Of a DNA stretch of 64,000 nucleotides, positions 26,901-37,628 are shown piece by piece (position 1 is the first letter of the stretch; each line of letters starts with the position of its first letter). Under the pieces are notes generated by a model, which did not search any database, was not told the DNA's origin, and worked only from the letters and a program-made list of their open reading frames with translations. A program made the translations under genes and the position numbers. Source of the DNA: Macrostomum hystrix (taxonomy: Eukaryota > Animalia > Platyhelminthes); assembly GCA_950097015.1 (NCBI GenBank), contig CATNEN010000038.1, forward strand, positions 7,316,001 through 7,380,000. The letters are read 5' to 3'.

Positions 26901-29047
26901 CGACACGCCCGGTTTCGGCGACGCTGTGGACAATTCGAACTGCTGGAACCCGGTGCTGGACTACATCGATGCCCGATTCGAGGACCACCTGAACGCGGAG
27001 CAGAAGGTTAGCAGGGGCCAGCTGATCGACAGTCGGGTTCACTGCGTCCTGTACTTCATCGCGCCTACCGGACACGGCCTGAAGCCGTTGGACATTGAAT
27101 TTATGAAGCGATTGCACGACAAGGCCAACATTGTGCCAGTGCTGGCCAAGGCAGACTGCATGACAATGGACGAGCTGCGCGATTTTAAGAAGACCATCAT
27201 TAATGAGCTTGCCCAGCACAAGATTCGTGTCTATGACTTCCCGGAATCTGTCCTGGCCGCCGCCGCAGCCGCCGCCTCCGGCGATTCCAACGCCGTCTCG
27301 GCTGTTTCCGGCGGCGCGTCAGACAATTGCGACGATGAGAAGTCGGTGAAGCGGCTGAAGGAGCGCTTGCCGTTTGCCGTTGTCGGCGCCAACTGCTTGG
27401 TGGAGTCCGCCTCCGGTGGCAAAGGCGGCGGCAAAGTTCGCGGCCGGTCCTATCCCTGGGGCAACGTTGAGGTTGAGAATCTGGAGCACAACGACTTCCT
27501 AGCCCTGCGCAATCTCATGCTGCGCACCCACATGCAGGACCTGCGCGAGACCACTAACAATGTGCACTTTGAGAACTACCGCTATCTCAAGCTGTCCGGC
27601 ATCGCTCAGGAGTCCAAATTTCGCACCACAGACGGCAAAGATCCCATGGCTCAGATGGAGACTGAGAAACGAGATCACGAGCTCAAGATGCGCAAAATGG
27701 AGGCAGAAATGGAGGGCGTGTTTGAGATGAAGGTAATTCGGATTTGACAAGATTGATGCAAAGGATTTAAACATCTAGGAATTTATAGTTTCGGAACCTA
27801 GGAACAGGGATGTCCTAAAACTTCAGGCTTCAGTACATTTATACAAATTCATGTTTTAGTAGGTTTATCAAACTTCAGGTTTCAGTAGATTTTGAAAACT
27901 TCAGGTTTCAGTAGATTTTGAAAACTTCAGGTTTCAGTAGATTTTGAAAACTTCAGGTTTCAGTAGATTTATAAAACTTCAGGTTTCAGTAGATTTTTAA
28001 AACTTCAGGTTTCAGTAGATTTATAAAACTTCAGGTTTCAGTAGATTTTTAAAACTTCAGATTTCAGTAGATTTTAAAAACTTCAGGCTTCAGTAGATTT
28101 TGAAAACTTCAGGTTTCAGTAGATTTTGAAAACTTCAGGTTTCAGTAGATTTAGAAAACTTCAGGTTTCAGTAGATTTAGAAAACTTCAGGTTTCAGTAG
28201 ATTTTGAAAACTTCAGGTTTCAGTAGATTTTTAAAACTTCAGGTTTCAGTAGATTTATAAAACTTCAGGTTTCAGTAGATTTTTAAAACTTCAGATTTCA
28301 GTAGATTTTTAAAACTTCAGATTTCAGTAGATTTTGAAAACTTCAGGTTTCAGTAGATTTTTAAAACTTCAGGTTTCAGTAGATTTTTTAAACTTCAGGT
28401 TTCAGTAGGTTTATAAAACTTCAGGTTTCAGTAGGTTTATAAAACTTCAGGTTTCAGTAGATTTTGAAAACTTCAGGTTCCAGTAGATTTATAAAACTTC
28501 AGGCTTCAGTAGATTTATAAAACTTCAGGCTTCAGTAGATTTTTAAAACTTCAGGTTTCAGTAGATTTATAAAACTTCAGGCTTCAGTAGATTTTTAAAA
28601 CTTCAGGTTTCAGTAGATTTTTTAAACTTCAGGCTTCAGTAGATTTTTAAAACTTCAGGCTTCAGTAGATTTTTAAAACTTCAGGCTTCATTCGACTATA
28701 ACTTCAGGTGTCAAACTTAGATTTGAAAAGTCGGGAAAAGATGTTTCCCAATTCCCTGCCCGCAGGTGAAAGAGAAGAAGCAGAAGCTGAAGGACTCGGA
28801 GGTGGACCTGCAGCGCAGGGCGGATCAGATGCGGAAGCAGCTGGAGCAGCAGGAGGCGGAGCTGGCCGAGCGTCGCCGTCAGTTCGAGGCCGAGAAGCGG
28901 GTCTGGGAGGCGGCGCAGGCGCAGGGCGGTGGCGATTACAACGCCGGCGACCTCGGCGGCGGCGGTGGCGGCGTCTCTGCCACAATGGACGCCATACACG
29001 GGAAAGAGAAAAGCAAGTCCGAGAAGAAGAAGGGCCTGTTTAAATAA
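23968..29047 (+). CDS. SEPT7: Septin 7 (peanut-like); exons 23968-24195, 25638-25790, 26836-27732, 28766-29047
   Basis: [35 protein letters not shown] (G1), DTPGFGD (G3), AKAD (G4), RGRSYPWG, C-terminal coiled coil and KKKGLFK end; phase-0 GT-AG introns. Confidence 0.95.
24210..25605. repeat. 25-bp minisatellite (ACTGACTGAATGACCAGCTGATGCA)n filling septin intron 1
   Basis: ~55 copies, direct periodicity. Confidence 0.97.
25799..26812. repeat. 14-bp (CCTGTCACCTGACT)n then 16-bp (TTCTCCTATCCTTCYA)n filling septin intron 2
   Basis: Direct periodicity; the unit switches at ~25950. Confidence 0.96.
27870..28690. repeat. 26-bp minisatellite (AAAACTTCAGGTTTCAGTAGATTTTG)n in septin intron 3
   Basis: ~31 copies. 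Confidence 0.96.
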
Positions 29048-29457
29048 TTTTTAAGTTTTAGATTGGACTTGATCCTGCAAGAACATTCAGCACACTACTG
29101 CTAGATACTACTGATGTCTCTACTAACCATTGGGTTTTTTAATCTCCCTTTTCGGTAGTTAATCTCTCTACTACATAGCTTTAATTGCGAGTAGTAAGTT
29201 ACTATTTGTATAATTATTTTTAAGTGCAATTGTTCCTAATTCTTATAACATGTCGAATTATGCGCTCGCGCCTGCATGCTTAATGAAGCTTTTGTACTTT
29301 TATAGTTGTGTACTTTTACATGCGCTTTGAATCGTGTTTCAATTAACCGCTGATTGCTAGAATTAAAATTAGTTTTAAGCATTTTTAACCTTTGTTTTTT
29401 TAGGTCACTTTCTAACTCTAAATCGTGAGAATTTTCACAAGCCATAAGCTTTTTGTT

Positions 29458-30892
29458 TAGCTGCTAGATAAGATGTTAATTTAATCTAGCTGCTAGATAA
29501 GATGTTAAATTTAATCTAGCTTCTAGATAAGCTGTTAATTTCATCCAGCTTCTAGATAAGATGTTAAATTTAATCTAGCTGCTAGATAAGCTGTTCATTT
29601 AATCTAGCTGCTAGATAAGCAGTTAATTTCATCTAGCTGCTAGATAAGATGTTAATTTCATCTAGCTTCTAGATATGCTGTTAATTTCATCTAGCTGCTA
29701 GATAAGCTGTTAATTTCATCTAGCTGCTAGATAAGCTGTTCATTTAATCTAGCTGCTAGATAAGCAGTTAATTTCATCTAGCTGCTAGATAAGATGTTAA
29801 TTTCATCTAGCTGCTAGATAAGCAGTTAATTTCATCTAGCTGCTAGATAAACTGTTAATTTCATCTAGCTTCTAGATAAGCTGTTAATTTCATCTAGCTT
29901 CTAGATAAGATGTTAAATTTAATCTAGCTGCTAGATAAGCTGTTAATTTCATCCAGCTTCTAGATAAGATGTTAAATTTAATCTAGCTGCTAGATAAGCT
30001 GTTCATTTAATCTAGCTGCTAGATAAGCAGTTAATTTCATCTAGCTGCTAGATAAGATGTTAATTTCATCTAGCTGCTAGATAAGCTGTTAATTTCATCT
30101 AGCTTCTAGATAAGCTGTTAATTTCATCCAGCTTCTAGATAAGCTGTTAATTTAATCTAGCTGCTAGATAAGCTGTTAATTTAATCTAGCTGCTAGATAA
30201 GCTGTTAATTTAATCTAGCTGCTAGATAAGCTGTTAATTTAATCTAGCTGCTAGATAAGCTGTTAATTTAATCAAGCTTCTAGATAAGCTGTTAATTTAA
30301 TCTAGCTTCTAGATAAGCAGTTAATTTCATCTAGCTGCTAGATAAGCTGTTAATTTCATCTAGCTTCTAGATAAGCTGTTAATTTCATCTAGCTTCTAGA
30401 TAAGATGTTAAATTTAATCTAGCTGCTAGATAAGCTGTTAATTTCATCCAGCTTCTAGATAAGATGTTAAATTTAATCTAGCTGCTAGATAAGCTGTTCA
30501 TTTAATCTAGCTGCTAGATAAGCAGTTAATTTCATCTAGCTGCTAGATAAGCAGTTAATTTCATCTAGCTGCTAGATAAGCTGTTAATTTCATCTAGCTT
30601 CTAGATAAGCTGTTAATTTCATCCAGCTTCTAGATAAGCTGTTAATTTAATCTAGCTGCTAGATAAGCTGTTAATTTAATCTAGCTGCTAGATAAGCTGT
30701 TAATTTAATCTAGCTGCTAGATAAGCTGTTAATTTAATCTAGCTGCTAGATAAGCTGTTAATTTAATCAAGCTTCTAGATAAGCTGTTAATTTAATCTAG
30801 CTTCTAGATAAGCTGTTAATTTAATCTAGCTGCTAGATAAGTTGTTAATTTCATCTAGCTTCTAGATAAGCTGTTAATTTAATCTAGCTAGC
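29458..30892. repeat. 29-bp minisatellite (ATCTAGCTGCTAGATAAGCTGTTAATTTM)n
   Basis: ~49 copies; each contains the inverted repeat ATCTAGC-T-GCTAGAT. Confidence 0.97.
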
Positions 30893-31948
30893 TTAATCTA
30901 ACAGCTTCCCGATAAACAGTTTATTGATCAAGTTTATGTTACGGTTAAATCAGAAGTAACACAAGTTTTAACGGAGGTGATCGTTTCAGCTCTCGGTCAG
31001 CGGAACCTGTGTAAGATTGTCATCCCAATGAAATCCCTACATTGAGTCCAATCGAATAGTACCCACCAAAGCTGCTTTGACTCATAACTTCTGCCGGTTT
31101 TTTTGCCGGTTAAAACAAATTTAAGCTAGCTGAGGCTTTTGTTTTTAACCCGTCATGTTTAATATTTAATTACCAAATTCGCTTAACTTGATTAAACTCA
31201 TTTGCATCGATATTTGCTTTAAGCATTGACCTTTCTGTCTTGTCTGTTGTAAGTAGCATATGAGGCGTTGAACTCCCTGTTTTAACACAAAAAACTGTTG
31301 TTTGATTTAATTAGGAAATTATTAACTGCTGCTGCACTTTATCGATTTGCCGCTAGTCACTTGTTTAATTGTCAGCTTGTGACTTTTTTATTATAGTCAA
31401 CATTTACTACTGATATTTTTATTTTAGTAGTATGATAACGTTTTACTATATTCTGTTAAGAATGATTTATTTAAATTTGTCATCTTAGCTTTGGTGAAAT
31501 TATGCATCATTCTATGCGATTCGCTTTTCTAAATTTTCTCTTTACGCAATTTTATCAGTACTTTGATGCACAGTGTTTTCAATTGTTCTTGTTGTGCAAT
31601 TTTATATCTTTAAATTTTACAGTTTTGATTTTCTCTGCGCTAATTTTTAATTTACTCACAACTTATTTTAATCTGATATTGGTAAAACTCATATATTCGA
31701 TCAAATAGCATGATACGGAATATAATTAATAAACTAACACGCCTAAAACAGTTTATTGTATGTAAAAGCTTTATCAAACTGCAATTAATGTGTAAGCTGC
31801 ATATTACAAAATTCAACATGCAAATATTTGCCTAAATCTTTGACTGAATTTGATTTGCTTTATTTGATTTATCTAACATATCGCATTGGTTTGACAAATA
31901 GCTTATTTATGAGCAGGTAGGTAATTAATAATTTATTATTATTTACAC

Positions 31949-32210
31949 TTGCCCCTGTCCATGTGCAGCCGACAGCACAGCCGCAGCTATTGCGCGGCGC
32001 ATCTGAAGGCTGCGTACGGCTGTTCAGTCCATGGACAGGAGCTGAACGACACAGCCACCATCAAATTACCCCACCTAATTCTGGTACCATTTAACAGCTG
32101 GGCGTACAGAGCCAAGTGTCTTGCTAAAGGACACAAATTGCTCCAGTTTAGTCAAGAATCGAACCCCCGACCTTCAAGTCGCGACTTGTAACGCTCTAAC
32201 CTCTTGGCAA
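31949..32210 (-). mobile_element. SINE family A
   Basis: Reverse complement homologous to 37159-37420 and 2379-2625. Confidence 0.85.
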
Positions 32211-32390
32211 TATCCTTGTACGCAAATCTATCAATACTACTTTTAGTAGGCTAACTAGGATGAGGAATTTTGTTGGGGTTTTTAGCATTAATAATGACAG
32301 AACTGTGTAAATCTGTTTATCTCTTTCCAGCTCTAGTCCATTAATTTCCAGTAATAATTTCTTGATACTCAACAACCAGTTTCTACGGCG

Positions 32391-33357
32391 ATGTCATCCC
32401 TGCCTCCCGGATGGAGTTCCAAGGTCAGCAGCAAGACTGGTCGAACCTATTATATTAACGAGGCCACCAAGGAGACTCAGTGGGAGATGCCGACCCAGCC
32501 TGCCGCAGGTGATTCCATCAGAAATTTCTTTCAATTGATCAGTAGTCATAAATCTTTGATTGTACACGCGATTTGTCTGTTGTTTAGGTTCATAGAAAAT
32601 ATTGCACCCTAACCAGTCCATGGACTGAACTGTTCACAGGCATTTTAAAGGTCTGCGGTTGAGCCACACCGGCTGTAAATCTGAGAATTCTGGGCTAGGT
32701 CCATCCATCTACGAGTCTATCAAGATATTGGATAGGGGTAGAAGGATTGCACGAGTAAGGACTGGACAGAGGGGTGAGGAAAGAGAGACGAGCAGCTAGC
32801 CAATCAGAGACGAGGGACAGGAAAGTTAAGTGAAGGTTAGCTAAGAAGTTAAACGTACAGTGGGGGAGAGACGAGAAAGTACAATAAAATGGCTCGCGAA
32901 CGTAAAAAATCAAAGAGAGAAGGTAGAAATAAACAAATCTTATACTCCGCCCAGGAGTCGGTCCCTGTCTCACGCTCTGTTTATTGGCCTCATGTTAACC
33001 TCGCAAGGTGGCAATGACGGAGGCAAAGTCCGCTGCCTGCACCTACTCGTGAAGCACCGCGGCTCGCGCCGGCCATCCTCCTGGAAAGAGGAGACGGTCA
33101 CCCGCAGCCAGGAGGAGGCCGAGTCGATGGTTCGGGAATTCCGGCGCCGTATCGTGTCAGGCGAAGCCAGCTTCGAGGAGCTGGCCAAGCGCGAGTCGCA
33201 CTGCAACTCGGCGAAGCGAGGCGGCGATCTTGGCGAGTTCGGCCGCGGCCAAATGCAGCCGCCGTTTGAGAAGGCCGCCTTCGGCCTTCGGATCGGCGAA
33301 ATCAGCGACCTGGTGTACACAGACAGCGGTGTGCACGTCATCAAGCGGATCGCCTGA
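32391..33357 (+). CDS. PIN1: Peptidyl-prolyl isomerase Pin1; exons 32391-32508, 33008-33357
   Basis: WW domain LPPGW...GRTYY...TQWEMP joined by a phase-1 intron to a parvulin domain [15 protein letters not shown]...[11 protein letters not shown]...MQPPFE...[10 protein letters not shown]. Confidence 0.97.
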
Positions 33358-33577
33358 CTAAATCACTATATACTAATGCATACGCGCGTATTTTATGTTT
33401 TTTGTTGCTGTTAATCCATAAATACATTGTCTTTGTCACTGACATTTCATTTGCAATTCGTGTTATTGCTCATTTATTGCAATTCAATAACTTTTCTTCT
33501 GTGTCTTTTGTTTCCTTTTCCATTGTATTGTTTGCCTTTTCGTCGACAGAATCGTCTATCGCATATATGGAAGGATG

Positions 33578-35225
33578 GATCCTTCCATTCATCCATCCTT
33601 CTATCCATCCTTCTATTCTTCCTTCCATCCATCCATCCATCCATCCATCCATCAATCCTTCTATCCATTCTTCCATCCATTCTTTGATCCGTCCTTCCAT
33701 CCATCCCTTATTCCATCCATTCATCCATCCTTCTATCCATCCTTCTATCCATCCTTCTATTCTTCCATCCATCCATCAATCCATCCAACCATGCATCCAT
33801 CTATCCATTCTTCCATCCATTCTTTGATCCATCCATCCATCCATCCTTCTATCCATTCTTCCATCCGTCCATCCATCCTTCTATCCATTCTTCCATCCAT
33901 CCATCCATCCTTCTATCCATTCTTCCATCCATCCATCCATCCTTCTATCCATTCTTCCATCCATCCATCCATCCATCCATCCATCCATCCATCCATCCTT
34001 CTATCCATTCTTCCATCCATTCTTTGATCCATTCATCCATCCATCCATCCACCCATCCATCCTTCTATCCATTCTTCCATCAATTCTTTGATCCGTCCTT
34101 CCATCCATCCAACCATCCATCCATCTATCCATTCTTCCATCCATTCTTTGATCCATCCATCCATCCATCCATCCATCCATCTATCCATTCTTCCATCCAT
34201 TCTTTGATCCGTCCTTCCATCCATCATCCATCCTTTTTTGCATCCATCAATCCTTCCATCTGTCCATCCATCCATCCAACCATCCTTTATTCCATCCATC
34301 CATCCTTTCTTCCATCTATCCATCCATCCATCCATCCTTTATTCCATCCATCCATCCTTTCTTCCATCTATCCATCCATCCATCCATCCATCCATCCATC
34401 CATTAATCCTTCCATCCATCCATCCATCCATCCATCCATCCATCCATCCATCCATTAATCCATCCATCCATCCATCCATCCATCCATCCATCCATCCATC
34501 CAACCATCCATTAATCCTTCCATCCATTAATCCTTCCATCCATCCATCCATCCATCCATCCATTAATCCTTCCATCTATCCATCCATCCATCTATCCATT
34601 CTTAGGGGGTCGGTGGCAGAGCGGTTATTGCGTTTGCCTCTCGAACCACGGTCCCTAAGTTCGATTCCATGGCGAGACCACATTTACTTAGGGCGAAGCC
34701 GCGGAAAGAAGGCTTGGGGGCTTGTCGTGCAATTTACGTCCTTGAGGGCCAACCTCCAGGGCACAGTGAGAGTGTACACTGCCTGACGATGAGAAAGCCA
34801 GGGCAGATGTACACACCTGTGTGAGCGTGTGCCAGCGTAAAGTATCTGTGTGCGTGTGTGCTCAGGAGTCAGCGAAATGGGCAGAATTGCCTCCTCGCTG
34901 GCTGTGGGTCTAGTGTCACTAAATGATGTGCCATTGCCCGCAGCCCTCCTGCAATTATTATTATTATTATTATTATTATTATCTATCCATTCTTCCATCA
35001 ATCCATCCATCAATCCTTCCATCCATCCATCCATTCATCCGTCCATCCATCCATCCATCCATCCATCCATTCTTCCATCCATCCATCCATCCATCCTTCC
35101 ATCCATCCATCCATCCATCCTTCAATCTATCCATCAAGCCTTCTATTCAATCTATCTATCCAATCTATTCCCATTCAATTTTCTGTCTATCCACCAATCC
35201 ATCTGTCCGTCCATCTATCCATTCG
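33578..35225. repeat. Degenerate (ATCC)n microsatellite interrupted by a SINE
   Basis: Direct periodicity. Confidence 0.96.
34604..34980 (+). mobile_element. Full-length tRNA-derived SINE family B with (ATT)n tail and 14-bp TSD
   Basis: A box TGGCAGAGCGG, B box GTTCGATTCC and (ATT)n tail; direct repeat ATCTATCCATTCTT at 34590-34603 and 34981-34994. Confidence 0.92.
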
Positions 35226-35437
35226 TCTCTCTATTCGTAAGAAAAGCGAAATGATCAGAATCTATCCATCATTTTTTTTCGAATGTTGATCAAATCTGTT
35301 AGCTATGGCGATGGTGTAGAGGCCACCACCACCTCCACACCACCATAGAGGAATACTCTAATTATTTGTAACCAATTTGTACTCATTCATATCAGATCGA
35401 TGGCCACGACAGATGCGAAAGCACAACTACGAGTAGT

Positions 35438-36405
35438 TAGAGATATTGGTTTTCAATTTCTATTTTTCTAACTAAGTAACTTCAATTTCGTCCGCGGGGA
35501 GGGGGATGCTCGTGTGTACCCGATTAGTAACTTCAATTTCGTCCGCGGGGAGGGGTATGCTCGTGTGTACCCGATTAGTAACTTCAATTTCGTCCGCGGG
35601 GAGGGGTATGCTCGTGTGTACGCGATTAGTAACTTCAATTTCGTCCGCGGGGAGGGGTATGCTCGTGTGTACCCGATTAGTAACTTCAATTTCATCCGCG
35701 GGGAGGGGGATGCTCGTGTGTACCCGATTAGTAACTTCAATTTCGCCCGCGGGGAGGGGGTGCTCGTGTGTACCCGATTAGTAACTTCAATTTCGTCCGC
35801 GGGGAGGGGTATGCTCGTGTGTACCCGATTAGTAACTTCAATTTCGTCCGCGGGGAGGGGTATGCTCATGTGTACCCGATTAGTAACTTCAATTTCGTCC
35901 GCGGGGAGGGGGGATGCTCGTGTGTACCCGATTAGTAACTTCAATTTCGCCCGCGAGACCGGCCTGTCCAAGTTAGATTAAATCAATTTCACAGAAAAGT
36001 AACTTCTATTTCGTCTCTTCAGCACAGCGATTTGTGCTCTCGTTCGCTCTGTGAAATACGGACTTTGTCCTTGCCTTTGATCTTCGCCGACGCGGCCACC
36101 GACTCCGCAGCAATGCAATTATAATAATTCTGTCGAGTGTCGAGAGATTTATGGCCCTGTGAATTTATGACCCTTTAGCACGGAATCACAAAAAAATCCT
36201 GCCGCTTTTGAAGCTCCAATCTTATTTGATCTACAATACTAGCTCTTTTGTAGTTTGGTCTCTTGCCAAAGACGTCAAAATTATTTTTGAAAGTACAGGC
36301 CCAGGCCCATCATGGCCTATATTAATGTTTGAAGCCGGATGGACAAAATGCAAAACGAAATTGAAGTTACTTTTGAAATAGAAGTTGAAAACAAATTCGT
36401 CTCTA
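35438..36405. mobile_element. Non-autonomous TIR DNA transposon (TAGAGA...TCTCTA) carrying a 51-bp tandem array
   Basis: The left end TAGAGATATTGGTTTTCAATTTCTATTT..AAGTAACTTCAATTTCGT matches the reverse complement of 36355-36405; no clear TSD. Confidence 0.7.
35474..35955. repeat. 51-bp minisatellite, ~9.5 copies
   Basis: (TAGTAACTTCAATTTCGTCCGCGGGGAGGGGTATGCTCGTGTGTACCCGAT)n. Confidence 0.96.
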
Positions 36406-37158
36406 TCTTAAGTTGAAAACCAACAGTGACATATTTTAAAAAGATGATCGAAAGTGCCGAAGTTTGTTAAAATATCGGTCATTTATTCCATTTCGTGTAT
36501 CCATTTACATTTATCGTTTTTGTATATTTAAAGTAGATAATTAATTGGACGGAATGAACGAGAAAATATGCGTTTCAATTGGTTATAAAAACAAAAATGG
36601 AATCTCAATCGCTGGGGGTAGAACTTCGATAGCAAAATATTTCAGATTTAGTTTGAGCGAAAAAATGTGATAAAAATAAGAGACACGTATAGAAAATACC
36701 TTTTTGAAATCGCACACATACTTTGAAAATTGTAAAGCATTAAACTTTTAATTCGAAGTTAAAATGTTCGGTTTCGCATTTAAGTAGCATGTTGTGCTGA
36801 TGTTACTTAAAAATGGTGTAAAATGTGCGTTTTCTATATTCTAGTGTTCTTGGGTCCATAAAACTTCCTTAGCAACACTTAAAAAAAACAATTTTAAAGC
36901 AAAAATTTAATGGTGATACGTTAGTATATAACGGAACCTACAATCTAAAGCGTTTTGATTTTTGATTCTGAAATTGTTGTAATTTTATAATATCGTCGAA
37001 TTTTATTTAGATTTGAAAGAACATTAGACTGGTTACGAAAAAGTATTTTCGTACACTGCTTTCTTAGACACTGATAAGCTGATAAGCTTATGTACATAGC
37101 TACTATCCTTTAGACACTGATAAGAGTCGTTCTATTTTTAGCCACAAACAAGAGGATT

Positions 37159-37420
37159 TTAGCCTAAGTGACTAGGGCGTCGGACTCACGACTTGGAGGT
37201 CGGGGGTTCGATTCCCGACTCCACTGGAAAAATTTGTGTCTTTCAGCAAGACACTTAACTCTGCATTGCTTCTGTTCACCCAGCTGTTAAATGGGTACCA
37301 GCATCAGCTGGTGTGATTGAGGGTTGGGTGTGGCGTCCACCCCCAGTCCATGGACTGAACAGCCGTACGCAGCCTTCAGATGCGCCGCGCAATAGCTGGC
37401 CCAATTGGGGCAGTTGTAAT
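37159..37420 (+). mobile_element. SINE family A, best-preserved copy
   Basis: tRNA-like head with GGTTCGATTCCC, central CACCCAGCTGTTAAATGGGTACC and the shared 3' part. Confidence 0.88.
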
Positions 37421-37628
37421 CAATTAGAATTTTTTTTCATATAGTTATTACTACTTATTTTTTATGTATTATTAGCCAATGCTTAACTGTCTCAAATGTT
37501 CCTAATTATTTATTATTAGCAATCACATCCATCCATCCATCCGATAAAGTGATTACAACACAATATCCCATCAATAGATTAAAAATTTCATTCTCTTCAA
37601 CAAGTGTCTTTTTTGACAAGCCGCTAAA

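Noticed and set aside
34780-34802. Hammerhead ribozyme suggested by CTGACGA..GAAA in SINE B
   Set aside because: No room for stem II between the motifs; the segment fits a simple hairpin.
33402-35254. HPSI/MDGW repeat ORFs
   Set aside because: (ATCC)n microsatellite.
37159-37230. tRNA genes (also at 2379, 34604, 51300)
   Set aside because: The tRNA-like heads run into shared SINE bodies and lack a proper cloverleaf.
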